A stretch of DNA of 63,533 nucleotides, the filler included, from Octopus bimaculoides (lineage: Eukaryota): assembly GCF_001194135.2 (NCBI RefSeq). It is 6 parts of 6 records of this genome, joined end to end, with 100 filler letters (N's around TTAATTAATTAA, not from the genome) between each part and the next. Parts side by side here need not be neighbours in the genome. Positions count along the whole stretch, not along the records: positions 1 to 19,672 come from NC_069001.1; positions 19,773 to 31,384 come from NC_069010.1; 4 more parts are not named here. One strand, given 5' to 3'. Below, piece after piece: positions 12,081-24,860 of this stretch. Position 1 is the first letter of the stretch, and each line of letters opens with the position of its first letter. The notes under the pieces are model-generated. The model was not told the DNA's origin. It was given only the letters and a program-made list of their open reading frames with translations, and searched no databases. The translations under genes and the position numbers were made by a program.

Positions 12081-12245
12081 GTTTTACCTGTTTCAGTTAT
12101 TGGATTGTGTCCATGCTGGAGCATTACTTTGGAGGGTTTAGTTGAACAAATCAATCCTGGTACTTATTCTATCAGTCTTCTTCACTGAACTGCTAAGTTA
12201 TGGGAGGCATAAACAACATGCTAACACTGGTTGTCAAACCGTGGA
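12081..12245 (-). mobile_element. SINE family A, 3' half
   Basis: ccatgctggagca...gaactgctaagtta...ggttgtcaa. Confidence 0.7.
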
Positions 12246-12284
12246 CAAACACTGATGTGTGTGTGTGTGTGCGTGTGTTCTTTT

Positions 12285-12607
12285 TTATTGGCACCCTATC
12301 AGTTATGAGAATGAGGTTTCCAGTTGATCTGATCAACGGAACAGCCTGCTCATGGGATTAACATGGGATTAACTGAGCACGCCATAGACATGTATACCCT
12401 TAATGTAGTTCTCAGGGAGATTCAGCATGACATAGAATGTGACAAGGCTGGTCCTTCGAAATACAAGTAGAACTCATTTTTGCCAGCTGAGTGGACTGAA
12501 CCAACGTGAAATGAAGTGTCTTGCTCAAGGACACAATGTACTGCCTTCTCCAAGAACTGAAACCACAGTCTCATGGTCCTGAGTGCAACACACTAACCGC
12601 TGAACCA
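12285..12607 (-). mobile_element. tRNA-derived SINE family C (near full length)
   Basis: tRNA-like head (agcggttagtg), central domain gtgtccttgagcaagacacttcatttcac...cactcagctggcaaaaatgag, and 3' part ggctgttccgttgatc..atcaactggaa. Confidence 0.8.
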
Positions 12608-13042
12608 CAGTAGGACTGAATCTAGGATTGCATTGCAAAGAAGTGAATTTCTTAGCAGAGGCCAGGGCAACCTTTTAGGAGAAGTGAGCTGCGTGAGACA
12701 TGGCTTGTCATAAGGTGGCCTGCAGTTTGCACAGGACTCCCTCAGTATAAACACATGTGTGTATGTGTGTGTGTGTGTAAACGTATGCACACGCTCACAT
12801 ATATACACATAGTCTGATATATATATATAAATAAAGGCTGCTTTCTTTTCTAACAACACCAAGTGCTCTGCCTTGACCAATAGCAGCCGCATTTTCCAGT
12901 AGCCATCTTGGATTTCCTGTACCCCTCTAGTCTGTAATCTGAGCCTGAATGAGGTGGGTTTCAGCAAGAAGCCTGTGAAACTCTAAGTTGTATGGAGCCA
13001 AATCAAACTAAGAGAAAAAAATTAAAAATAATAATAATAATC

Positions 13043-13075
<33 letters not shown>

Positions 13076-13754
13076 TGTATTTATATATATATATATACAT
13101 ATACAAAGAGAGAGAGATAGAGAGAGAAATGGGGGAGAGAAAGAGACTCAATTTATATCATCTTAATCCTTTCCAGCTGTTTAATCTGTTCCTATCAGCA
13201 TAAATATTAGGATCTGATGGTGGTGATGGTGGTGGTGGTGGTGGTGGTGGTGGTGGTGTAGTATTGATAGTTGTTGGTGTGGTAGTAGTAGTAGATGTGT
13301 ACTGGCATGTAGTGCAGTAGGGGTGCTAGTAGTTTGGTGGTGGTAGTGTAGTGATGCTAATTACCAGTGTGTTGGTGGCGGAGGTGGTAGCATGCAAACG
13401 TTGTGGTGGTGGTGTGGTGGTGGTGTGTTGGTGGTGGTGCAAGAGTGGTGATTTGGTGATGGTTGTAGTCACAGCCTCATTGTTCTATGTGTGTGTGTGT
13501 GTGGGGGGTAACAAGAGCATAGCAGTGTTACTGTGGTGGTTGTGGTACTATCGAGTGTGGTGATGGCGGTGGTGGCGGTGGTGGTAGTGTGGTGTTGTTG
13601 AATGTCATGGTGATCTGAAACGGTGAAGTTGGTTGGAGTAGTGAAGGTCATGGATGGGTGGGGTGCTGATGCTCTTGACCTGTATAGCAAGTTAGTGGTG
13701 GTGGAGCCAGTAGTCAAGGATATAGCAGTGTGGTATTTATTGGTAATCGTAGGG

Positions 13755-13925
13755 CTCCAGGGTAACCTAGATTAAAGGCATTCCAAATGTGACCACTCCA
13801 TCTATTTCAGTAGTATCTAGAACTACATTTCTCACAGTGTTCTGTCCTTATATAAGATGGTAAGCTGCGATTTGAGAGGGATTTGGTAGCTTTTTCTAGC
13901 AGACTGAACGACCGGGTCCTGGTTG
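13755..13925. repeat. Interspersed repeat (family E fragment)
   Basis: aaaggcattcca...gatttgagagggatttggtagctttttctagcag recurs in degenerate form at about 14380-14430, 19285-19340 and 38740-38890. Confidence 0.4.
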
Positions 13926-14131
13926 ACAAGTTGTCACAATGTTTTAATATGACTGCTGTATTGGTCTCAAGAGCAGGGCAACTGGTCACACTGACCACCA
14001 GTGTGGCTGTTCTGTTTAACCCTTGACCAGTCCTGAAATCTGTCTAATTCAACGGTTACACTCAAGTGCACCATATCTAATAGAAGAGTCGCACTCAAAT
14101 GTACCATCCCTACTCCAGCTGTCACATCCAA

Positions 14132-14311
14132 ATGTGTCATACTTCGACAGTCTGGCCCCTTTGAATTACAGGTACAACTCATTTTTGCCAGGTGAGTGGA
14201 CTGGAGCAATGTGAAATAAAGCGACTTGCTCAAGGACACAACATTGCCACTGGGAATTGAACTCACGGCCTTACGATCATGAGCTGAACAGCCTAACCAC
14301 TGAGCCATGCA
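14132..14311 (-). mobile_element. SINE family C, 5' half
   Basis: Minus strand gcatggctcagtggttaggctg...gagttcaattccc (A and B boxes) plus the central domain shared with 12285. Confidence 0.75.
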
Positions 14312-14589
14312 CAGATACACACAGACACGCCAAACATGTATTCAATGTGGTCTTTATGTTTTTAAGACAGTAAAAAGGAACTTGAGGGCTTATTTGGTTG
14401 CTATTTCTAGCAAGCTGAGTGACCATGTTGGTGAGTATGGGTGGTGGTGGTAGTAGGGTGACAGCGTGGTGACAATTACAGTGGAAGAGGAGGGGGTGGT
14501 AGTAGAGGCAGTGATGAGATGGTGGGGGAGAGGTGGCAAGTTGGTTGAGTATGAGTGGAGTAGACGTTGGAGGTGGGGGTGGTTGCAAG

Positions 14590-14621
<32 letters not shown>

Positions 14622-14869
14622 TGAAGCAGTTGATAGCAGTAGTGGTGGTGGTGGTGGTGGTTGCAGCGGTTGTAAGTGGTGGTAATTGTATCCGGTACCT
14701 TCCCCGCCACCCCAGAGCAGCAACAGATATGTTTGGATAAAGTACAGGGTGTGGTAGACAGGGAAATAGGGGGGAGGGAGAAGGGAAAGAGAGTGTAGAA
14801 GGAGAGAATGAAAGAGAGACAGACACGGACATTCTCTCTCTCTCTCTCTCTCTCTGTATATATATATAT

Positions 14870-15240
14870 TCTTTTATTCTTTTACTTGTTTCAGTTCTGC
14901 GGCCATGCTGGAGCACAGCATTTTGTCGAACAAATCGACCCCAGGACTTATTCTTTGTAAGTTTAGTACTTATTCTATCGGCCTCTTTTGCCGAACCACT
15001 ACGTTACGGGAACGCAAATACAAGAACATCGGTTGTCAAGCAATGGTGGGGGGGGGGGAAACACAGACACACAAACACATATATATACAAGGGCTTCTTT
15101 CCTTCTTTCAGTTTCTGTCTACCAAATCCACTCACAAGGCTTTGGTCAGCCTGAGGCTATAGTAGAAGACAAGGTGCCATGCAGTGGAACCGAACCTGGA
15201 ACCATGTGGTTGGGAAGCAAGCTTCTTACCACACAGCCAC
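14870..15240 (-). mobile_element. SINE family A (near full length)
   Basis: Tail ttttacttgtttcag, body, and head cttaccacacagccac are all present. Confidence 0.85.
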
Positions 15241-15806
15241 TTGTGTGTCTATATATATTAGAAGATATATGTGTGTGTGGATATATCTTTGTTAAAGCAT
15301 CAAACTGCAAAGCAAAAGAGAGATTGAGAGAGAGTGTATGTGTGTGTGTGTAGATAGATAGATAGACAGATAAGACAGGACATACATATTTACATACACA
15401 CTTACACACACGTGTGTGTAAAACACGCGTGATAAAACAGCAAATTGAAGCAACAGAAAGATAAAGGCACAGAGTGGAGGACATAAAGTGCTGGAGAAAA
15501 CCAGAGGAAGATAAAAATCTGTGGTGATATACATAACACACACACACACACACACACACACGCACTTACAGAGGCGCATACGCATACACAGAGATAATGT
15601 TAGAGAGAAAAAAAAAAGAGGAAAAAAACACGCAAAAAGGACAAATGAAAAAAAAAGAGCACATAAGTTAGGATGAGGGAGAGGGGAGTGTAGTGGGAGG
15701 GGTGGGTCACTAAGTACACAGACATAGTGGTGGGAGGAGGAGGAACAAGGTGGGTCAAGAGAACCTTACCTCCTCCCCCTCCTCCCACAACGGTAACTAT
15801 CTCTCT

Positions 15807-15874
15807 CCGCCCCCACCCCCAGTCTCTCTCCTTCTCTCTCCACTGTCCCACTGGCCTAGATTTGCATAGATTGG
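15807..15874 (-). promoter_or_regulatory. Possible promoter-element cluster (GC box, octamer, CCAAT)
   Basis: ccgccc at 15807-15812, ATTTGCAT at 15860-15867, ATTGG at 15870-15874 (CCAAT on minus). A minus-strand gtaagt donor lies downstream at 15405-15400. Confidence 0.2.
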
Positions 15875-17312
15875 CCTTGTAGTTGTGTGTGTGTGAGTGT
15901 GTGAATAGTGTGTGTGTGTGTGTGTGTGGGGGGGTAGTACTGTAGCCATATCATGTGTGTGTGTGGTGTGTGCGTGGTGTGTATTGTAGTCACATCATGC
16001 GTATGAATATGTGTGTGTATGTGAGAGTGACCACATAGTATAAGTGTGTGTGAGTGTGTGTGTGTGACTATGTAGCATAACTGTGCGTGCGTGTGTGTGT
16101 GTGTGTGTGCAAGTTTGTAGTCATATCTGTGTATGTGCTATGGGTAATGGGTGGGATTGTGTGTGTGTGTGTGTGTGTGAATGTGCATGTATATGGATTG
16201 GTAGTGTTTTCATAATTTTATGTATATGTGTGTATGTGTGTGTGTGTGTGTGTATGAATCTGTGTGTGTGAGGGTATATTTGAATTTATGTGTAGTGTGT
16301 CTATGCAACAGTAGGAAGTGTGTGTTGTATATATGTATGTGTGTGTGTGTGCGTGTGTGTAATAAGGTGGTGTTGAGTTAGAAAGGGAGTGTTGTACTGA
16401 GAGAGGGAGAGAGAGCGAGAGCAAGAGAGAGCGAGAGAGAGAAAGAGGGATAGAGAGAGAGAGAGAATGAGAAAAAGAGATAGAGTGTATGAGAGAGGGG
16501 AACAGAGAATAGAGACAGCACTGGGAGAAAGAGAGGAGAGAGAGTGTATGTATGCATGAGTTATATTGAAAGAAAGAGGAAGAGAGAGAGAGAGAGGGAG
16601 GGAGAAAAGAATAATAGGGAGATAAAGCAAGGAGAGAGAGAGGGAGAGAGAAAGAAAGAGAGTGAGAGAGAAGGGATGAGAAGAAAAGAAGGGACAATGC
16701 AGGGAAGAAAAAGAAAAAGAGAAGTTGGAGTGTAGAAAGACGGCGGTGGGGGTGGGGTGGGGGAGAGATCGATAAAAAGAGGAGGACAGAGCAAAAGAAA
16801 GGAGTTGAAAGGAAGACATGAGTGGGGAGCAGTGAGAGGAGGAAGGATAAGGACAGAATGAAAGAGAGGGGGGGGAAGGAGGAAGAATTCAGATGTTGTG
16901 GTATGTTTCTTTTGGCTGGAAGAGATAACTGGTAGAAGAGTGCCAGACGGANNNNNNNNNNNNNNNNNNNNNNNNNNNNNNNNNNNNNNNNNNNNNNNNN
17001 NNNNNNNNNNNNNNNNNNNNNNNNNNNNNNNNNNNNNNNNNNNNNNNNNNNNNNNNNNNNNNNNNNNNNNNNNNNNNNNNNNNNNNNNNNNNNNNNNNNN
17101 NNNNNNNNNNNNNNNNNNNNNNNNNNNNNNNNNNNNNNNNNNNNNNNNNNNNNNNNNNNNNNNNNNNNNNNNNNNNNNNNNNNNNNNNNNNNNNNNNNNN
17201 NNNNNNNNNNNNNNNNNNNNNNNNNNNNNNNNNNNNNNNNNNNNNNNNNNNNNNNNNNNNNNNNNNNNNNNNNNNNNNNNNNNNNNNNNNNNNNNNNNNN
17301 NNNNNNNNNNNN

Positions 17313-17510
17313 TGTGTCTGTGTTTGTCTTCCGCTACACTTGACAACCAGTGTTGGTTTGTTTATATCCTTGCAACAGAGTGGTTTGGCAGAAATAGACC
17401 AATAGAAGTACCAAACATGAATGAATAAATAAGTCCTTGGGTCGATTTACTCAACTAAATCCTTCAAGAGGATGCTCCAGCATGGCTGCAGTCCAATGAC
17501 TGAAACTAGA
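17313..17510 (+). mobile_element. SINE family A, 3' half
   Basis: ttgacaaccagtgttgg...gggtcgattt...gctccagcatggctgcagtccaatgactgaaac. Confidence 0.75.
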
Positions 17511-18429
17511 GAGTACTACTACCACCACCACCACCACGACCACCACCACCACGATCACCACGACCACCACCACAAATATTGCTACTACTACCACCACTGC
17601 TGCTGTTGTTACTACAACAAACAACCACCATACCACCACTACCATCACAACTACTGCTGTAGCTACTACTACTATTACTACTCCTACAACGATTGCATCC
17701 ACCAAGACAACCACGACCACCACCACTGCGGCAGCAGCTAGCACTACTACTAGCTATCAGTCTGCCTACCACCCATGACCCATCCACCCACCCACTCTTC
17801 TTCTTCTCTTCTCTCGCCCTGCCCCCCACCATATTTCAGTTGTTTAATGGGTCATGTCATGCCACCCCACCATCTTCCTCGCCTCTTCTCCATCCTAACC
17901 CTAACCCTAACCCCTCGCATCACATACATCCACATCAATAGCATAACCGTCAGCATCATCATCGGCATCATCATCAGCAGCATGGAGAACAANNNNNNNN
18001 NNNNNNNNNNNNNNNNNNNNNNNNNNNNNNNNNNNNNNNNNNNNNNNNNNNNNNNNNNNNNNNNNNNNNNNNNNNNNNNNNNNNNNNNNNNNNNNNNNNN
18101 NNNNNNNNNNNNNNNNNNNNNNNNNNNNNNNNNNNNNNNNNNNNNNNNNNNNNNNNNNNNNNNNNNNNNNNNNNNNNNNNNNNNNNNNNNNNNNNNNNNN
18201 NNNNNNNNNNNNNNNNNNNNNNNNNNNNNNNNNNNNNNNNNNNNNNNNNNNNNNNNNNNNNNNNNNNNNNNNNNNNNNNNNNNNNNNNNNNNNNNNNNNN
18301 NNNNNNNNNNNNNNNNNNNNNNNNNNNNNNNNNNNNNNNNNNNNNNNNNNNNNNNNNNNNNNCCTCCCAAAGACAAAACCACCCGTTAGACCAGCAAGCC
18401 GACCAACTAAGCTGTCAGCCCCTTTAACT

Positions 18430-18600
18430 CAGCGGTTCTAAACTGGGGGCCGTATAAGATTGTTTGGGGATTTACGAAAACAAAATTGGGGACCCGCTAT
18501 AGTATTTTTAAAGGGCCCCTGAAAAACAGCTGGGATTCTTTCTCTGACATTTGACATGGTTCGACCTACACAAATGAATGTGCGAAAAGCAAAATAGGAA
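18430..18600 (+). mobile_element. hAT-Charlie-like terminal fragment
   Basis: Starts cagcggttctaaactggggg, resembling CAGTGGTTCTCAAAC TIRs; no partner end found. Confidence 0.4.
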
Positions 18601-18729
18601 TTTTGAGAGAAGTTTCGATAAAACTAGTCTTTTTAAACACATTGAATGGCTATGAAAAGAAACACAGTAAATGATTATATAATGTAAATCCTACACATAA
18701 TGATGATGGCAGTTTTTTCATGTCTGAAG

Positions 18730-19140
18730 ACGAAGAGGAAGAACAGAATGACCTCAAATGGCTATGGAAGCTGAGCCTTGACGCTGCATGGCCCTTCCTC
18801 TTGCCACCACTTAGTAGTTCTAAAATGAGAGGCAGTCCACACAATCCAATCTCACTCTTTGAACTTGGAGGTCTGACCACAAAGGCTCAGCATGCCAAGA
18901 CGGTTGTGGTGATTAGCAAGCTGTAAGTTTCACATTGGAATGGTCTTCTCCTAAGTGAATTGCTTTACAGAACTGGAGAGCTTCACCTACTGTGGAATTG
19001 CCAGAAGGGTGCCAAAAGAGGGCACTGGACCTCCTGAATGAACCTCACTCCTTGATTTGATGTCAAGGTTGAGTCCCCTGGCCATTTCCTTTCCTAAAGG
19101 CACTCAACAAGGCAGAGCAGGTTTGTACTCAGAGTTTCTT
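18730..19140 (-). mobile_element. Highly decayed LINE RT C-terminal fragment (RTE-like)
   Basis: Remnants GLNLDIKS...VKQFT.LG...RLSFHSHLRSF across frameshifts. Confidence 0.35.
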
Positions 19141-20129
19141 CATAACATGCTTATGAACCCATTACTGGGACCCTGACAGGAGTCAGATTACAGCAGGGAT
19201 CAATAGGGGTCAAGAGGTGGTTCCACATTCCTCAAAAATCCTGAAAGTCCTAAACCAATCCTACACATACATATGAATAAATGATATGGTCATGGCTGGA
19301 GTGTCTTTTATGGCTAGATTGCTCTAAAAGGGTAGAGTTAGGGTGCCAGCCCATGGCAGACTTTAGCAGGATAATTCGATTCAGCTCTTTGGACTAATAA
19401 TTCTAACTCCCCACCACTTGTCTCAAAGACACTACAAAGCGCCAACCCTAAAAGGGTTCAACTCTAAAAAAAGGGTTGGCTCTTAAGAGGATCAATGGGC
19501 AGAGCCTTATTTCTGCTGACTAAACTATAAAACAAACAACAACAATAACCACAACATCGTGGAAACTGGTAATAACTGGTATAGACTAAACCTAAACCTG
19601 ATCCTGTTTGTTTTAATCCCCTTTCCTGCCCCCTACCTCTTCCTTTTCCACAATCCACCGAACCCTCCTCCANNNNNNNNNNNNNNNNNNNNNNNNNNNN
19701 NNNNNNNNNNNNNNNNTTAATTAATTAANNNNNNNNNNNNNNNNNNNNNNNNNNNNNNNNNNNNNNNNNNNNCTATATAATTCATTTTTTATTTTTTTAT
19801 TTCCTGTTTTGGATGTTCTGGTAGCTGCAAGTAAAAGCAGATAATGTTATTTCACTCTTTTTGGAGCTTATCAATGCAACTTGGGATCATGAAACTACAT
19901 GGCCTATGTTTATTTAAAACTATATATACGATTGATTTTCTTTTCACCTTTTTTTTTTTTTTTTTAAACAGTGGAGAAAAGAAATGAAGAAAGTGAGAGA
20001 GGGAGAACAATGAAAGCCCCTGAGTCATTTACAATTAAAATTATCATTAACATTATATTGAGTACGATCGATATTTTCTATTTCCTTTACTTTTAACAGT
20101 GGAGGAGGAATAGATTTCCCTTAGTGCCA

Positions 20130-20502
20130 AGGAGGATCTTTAGAAATAGTTGATAGTTTCCATTATGTAGGTGACCAAATTAGCAGTGGTGGAGGATGAT
20201 CTGAAAGCATAGTTGCTAGAATAAGAACCAGCTGGACAAAGTTCAGAGAGCTATTAGTTTTGCTGCTAACAAAAGGCCTTTCCCTCAGAGTGAATGGCAG
20301 ATTGTATGGTGCTTGTGTGTGAACAACTATGCTTCATGGCAGTGAAACATGGGCTACTGTGACTGGGGATATGTGAACACTTGAAAGAAACAAAGCCAAC
20401 ATGCATATTGGATGTGCAATGTCAGTGTGCATGCATGACAAAGTGTAAATGTGCTGAGAGAAAAATTGGGTATAAGAGGCATCAGATGCGGTGTGCAAGA
20501 AG
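20130..20502 (+). mobile_element. RTE-clade LINE ORF C-terminal fragment
   Basis: LEIVDSFHYVGDQISSGGG*SESIVARIRTSWTKFRELL..LLTKGLSLRV.GRLY..CV..TMLHGSETW...LREKLGIRGIRCGVQE. Confidence 0.8.
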
Positions 20503-20622
20503 AAGGCTTTGGTCAGCCCAAGGCTATTGGAGAAGATACTTGCCCAAGGTGCCATGCAGTGGAACTCAACCCAGAAATGTGTGGTTGGGAAGCAAGCTTC
20601 TTGCCACAGAGCCATGCCTGCA
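20503..20622 (-). mobile_element. SINE family A, 5' half
   Basis: aaggctttggtcagccc...caaggtgccatgcagtgg...gcaagcttcttgccacagagccatgcctgc. Confidence 0.75.
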
Positions 20623-20779
20623 CTTATATACCTTTACCATCTCATTCTCCTCTCTCCCTTCTCTCTCTCTTTTCTCCCTCTTCTCTCTCTACTCACCTTT
20701 CTACTTCCTCTCTCTCTCTCTCTCTCTCTCTCTTCTTTCTCCCTCCTCTCTCTCTCTTCTCTCTTTGGGGACGGGCTGG

Positions 20780-20851
20780 ATATGGCCTTGTTTCGAACAT
20801 AAAAGAAGTAGAACGTGTTGACTGGATATAGCTGGTTTGAATGCCAAAGGG
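20780..20851 (+). mobile_element. piggyBac-like MITE, right end
   Basis: ...ggatatagctggtttgaatgccaaaGGG followed by TTAA (20852-20855). Confidence 0.5.
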
Positions 20852-21829
20852 TTAAATATTACCATCAGTCCCTATCTAACATTAGTGAACTTTAAGTCAC
20901 AATGCTTCTTATAAATAGACAAATATTACTCACACACAAAGCCAAATGAGGAAACCTTATATACGCATAAAAATTCTAACCACCCTCCATCTACAACAAG
21001 GGATCTTGCCGCAAGCTAAGTAGAAATATTTGTGAGTTAACTTCGGTAACATTTTCAATAAAACATGCTTCTTTTACAATAATGAATTAGTATGAGCAAG
21101 CTTTTGTGGGCAACTTGTATTCAAGAAACTTCTTCCACACAACAGAAAAAGGAAGACAGGAAAAGGATTTAACCAAACAATATTTACCACCCATGCACAA
21201 ATACAACAAACTCTGTAACACTCACAATGTTAAGATCAGCTAGACTTGCCTAGATGATATTGCTTTCCAGATCTCTGCATAACCTACAAAACACAAAAAA
21301 AAATAAGATGCTAGACATCTTCCACCACAATAGCAAAATAGTAACTGTAGAAAATATTTATTTAAAAGTATATTTATTATTTAAAAATAATATTTTGTAA
21401 AATAATGTGTGTATCTGTTTGTATGTGTGTATATATGTACACATACATATGTATAAATAATATGTGTTTGGGTATGCTTAGATACATAAATATGTAAAAA
21501 TATTTACGTGCATATGTGTGTGTATACATATATACAAATATAAATAAATGTACATACACACACACAATATATATATAAATATATATATATTCATTCATAA
21601 CTATAGTTATATTTGTGATGTATGTATGCATGTGTATATGTACATATAAACATAAACACACACACAAACAATACATAGATCTTAATATTGCTTCATTTCC
21701 TATTATATACCAAAAAATACTTTAAAATATACAAAATCAAAGATCCTTAAAAAAGAAGCAAGATGTTTCAAAAAAACGAAATTGGTACGCAAATACAGAG
21801 AGAGGTACTAACAAATGGCAGCAGCAGCA

Positions 21830-21855
21830 GCGGCAGCGGAGTCGGTAGTGGTGGC

Positions 21856-21895
<40 letters not shown>

Positions 21896-22045
21896 AATAG
21901 CAACAACAATTATGAAAACAGTAATTTTAGCAACAACAATACCTAGGTAATGTTTATGAGGACGATGATGATATTGATGATGATGATTATCATGACTTCG
22001 ACGACGACGATGATAATAATAATAATAATAATAATAATGATGATG

Positions 22046-22078
<33 letters not shown>

Positions 22079-22335
22079 GCAATAATAAGGATAATGGAAG
22101 TAATCACTATATTACTAAAATAATAAAGATGGAAATAATAATAATAATAATAATAAAGAAGAAGGAGGAGGAGGAGGAGGTGGAGGGCAAGAATGAAAAC
22201 AGTAACAACAACAGTTATAATAATGTTTATAGCCATATCAACAGTAACCACATCGACAATAAACACAACAAACAAAAACGCTAATAATGATATATAACAA
22301 CAACAATAATAATGAATAAATAACAATGTATAACA

Positions 22336-22369
<34 letters not shown>

Positions 22370-22475
22370 CAATAACGACAGCAACCACCACAACTCCAAA
22401 AACAACAACAAATAATAATAATAATAATAATAACAATAATGATAATAATAATAATAATAATAATAAAATATTTCC
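21830..22475. repeat. Compound trinucleotide microsatellite block (GCA/AGT/GAT/AAT/GGA/AAC)
   Basis: Directly visible; source of spurious poly-I/L/Y ORFs. Confidence 0.9.
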
Positions 22476-23646
22476 GAGAATTGCAAAGCATAAACAAAAT
22501 GCCACAAGAATTATTTCTGAGAAAAAAAAAATTTTTATATTTTCTTTCTTTCTTTCTTTATTTTATTTTATTTTCAAATTATTAATTTTTGTGTTTTGTT
22601 TTGTTTGTTTTTTTTATTTTGTCTTTATTTCNNNNNNNNNNNNNNNNNNNNNNNNNNNNNNNNNNNNNNNNNNNNNNNNNNNNNNNNNNNNNNNNNNNNN
22701 NNNNNNNNNNNNNNNNNNNNNNNNNNNNNNNNNNNNNNNNNNNNNNNNNNNNNNNNNNNNNNNNNNNNNNNNNNNNNNNNNNNNNNNNNNNNNNNNNNNN
22801 NNNNNNNNNNNNNNNNNNNNNNNNNNNNNNNNNNNNNNNNNNNNNNNNNNNNNNNNNNNNNNNNNNNNNNNNNNNNNNNNNNNNNNNNNNNNNNNNNNNN
22901 NNNNNNNNNNNNNNNNNNNNNNNNNNNNNNNNNNNNNNNNNNNNNNNNNNNNNNNNNNNNNNNNNNNNNNNNNNNNNNNNNNNNNNNNNNNNNNNNNNNN
23001 NNNNNNNNNNNNNNNNNNNNNNNNNNNNNNNNNNNNNNNNNNNNNNNNNNNNNNNNNNNNNNNNNNNNNNNNNNNNNNNNNNNNNNNNNNNNNNNNNNNN
23101 NNNNNNNNNNNNNNNNNNNNNNNNNNNNNNNNNNNNNNNNNNNNNNNNNNNNNNNNNNNNNNNNNNNNNNNNNNNNNNNNNNNNNNNNNNNNNNNNNNNN
23201 NNNNNNNNNNNNNNNNNNNNNNNNNNNNNNNNNNNNNNNNNNNNNNNNNNNNNNNNNNNNNNNNNNNNNNNNNNNNNNNNNNNNNNNNNNNNNNNNNNNN
23301 NNNNNNNNNNNNNNNNNNNNNNNNNNNNNNNNNNNNNNNNNNNNNNNNNNNNNNNNNNNNNNNNNNNNNNNNNNNNNNNNNNNNNNNNNNNNNNNNNNNN
23401 NNNNNNNNNNNNNNNNNNNNNNNNNNNNNNNNNNNNNNNNNNNNNNNNNNNNNNNNNNNNNNNNNNNNNNNNNNNNNNNNNNNNNNNNNNNNNNNNNNNN
23501 NNNNNNNNNNNNNNNNNNNNNNNNNNNNNNNNNNNNNNNNNNNNNNNNNNNNNNNNNNNNNNNNNNNNNNNNNNNNNNNNNNNNNNNNNNNNNNNNNNNN
23601 NNNNNNNNNNNNNNNNNNNNNNNNNATATATATATATATATATATA

Positions 23647-23861
23647 TGAGGGGATGCTGTAAACTTCCTGGCTTTGGGCAAAAAAAAATGCAGGAGGATC
23701 AGTTAATTATGATTTTATTCAACATATTCCCCTCTTAGATTCACGCACTTTTTGGCAGTGGTCCTTCAGTTTTCCTAAGCCCTGTAAAAGAACTTGGTAA
23801 TTTGGGCCTCCAACCAGTTCTTTCACGATAGCCTTAAAGCCAGGAACTCTTCAACCCTCCT
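23647..23861. mobile_element. mariner-type MITE
   Basis: TA|tgaggggatgctgtaaacttcctggcttt ... aaagccaggaactcttcaaccctcct|TA: imperfect TIRs with TA TSD. Confidence 0.7.
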
Positions 23862-24353
23862 TATATGTATGTATATATGTATGTATGTATGTACGTACAC
23901 AGACATGAAAGAAGTAAATAGACACCCTTATAATCATTAAAATTTCTTTAAATCTGAAATTATGCATTCAAATTATTTGTTAGTTATTATAATGTGAACA
24001 TTTAATATTTAGTAGGCATATTTAATATGCTTAATAGGGGTCCTTTCAATGCAAGGACCCAATTAGGCATGTTACTGATCAGATGGTGAATATTCTCTTG
24101 CGGAATTTCTTGCTAAGTTTCATGCAATAATCTCAAAAGAGCTGGCTTTGAAGATGCTTTCTTGTTCTGTTTATGTAATGTCCTGTCCATTATGCCTCAG
24201 AGGTATTCTATAGGGTTCATATCTGGTGATTGGTTTGGGTATGGAAGCTTTCTAATGCCATTCTTTTCCAACAAACCTTGGAAAAATTTACAACAGGTAT
24301 ATAGTCCATTTTTGTATTATAGTGCATTGTTGTACCATTCAAAACTTTTTATT

Positions 24354-24404
<51 letters not shown>

Positions 24405-24454
24405 TATACATACATACACACATATATATATATATTTATGTGTGTGAGTGTGGG

Positions 24455-24670
24455 TCTTTTGTGTCTGTTTGTCCCCCCACCATCACTAGACAACTGATGT
24501 TGATGTGTTTATGTCCCTGTTACTTAGCAGTTCAGCAAAAGAGACTGATAGAATAAATATTAGGCTTACAAAGAATAAAACTTGGGGTTGATTTCTTTAA
24601 GGTGGTGCTCCAGCATGGCCTTAGTCAAATGAATGAAACAAGTAACAGAATAAAAGAAAAGAAGAGAATA
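24455..24670 (+). mobile_element. SINE family A, 3' half
   Basis: gtttgtccccccac...gttcagcaaaagagactgatagaataa...ggtggtgctccagcatggcc...taaaaga tail. Confidence 0.8.
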
Positions 24671-24684
24671 ATTGTCCTTTACAG

Positions 24685-24790
24685 CAGTGCTACTCAAAGT
24701 GCTGGTCTGCGGACAGGTACCAGTCCATGGACCGGCGCCGGTCTGTGAGTCATCAGCTGCCGGTACACAGCAAGCTTCCAGAAAAGAAAC
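24685..24790 (+). mobile_element. hAT-Charlie (MER5A-like TIR) fragment
   Basis: cagtgctactcaaagtgctggtc resembles the MER5A-type terminus CAGTGCTACTCAAAGTGTGGTC. Confidence 0.45.
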
Positions 24791-24860
24791 ATTATAAAAT
24801 GCTTATGTAATATTGTATTATTTGTTTACAAAATAAATATAAGAGTATATTCATTATATA

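Noticed and set aside
17894-17913. (CCCTAA)3 telomere-like repeat
   Set aside because: Only about three units inside low-complexity DNA; not evidence of an interstitial telomere or fusion.
19717-19728. TTAATTAATTAA embedded in N runs (also at 31429, 47112, 56007, 62168)
   Set aside because: At 19673-19772 it is 44 N + 12 bp + 44 N = 100 bp, and the other four look the same. This is an assembler gap marker with stops in all six frames, not biology.
22589-23738. Long ORFs made of X (also about 5344-6021, 16561-18389, 27370-28325, 41945-42709, 50808-51748, 59557-60585)
   Set aside because: They are open only because of N gaps.
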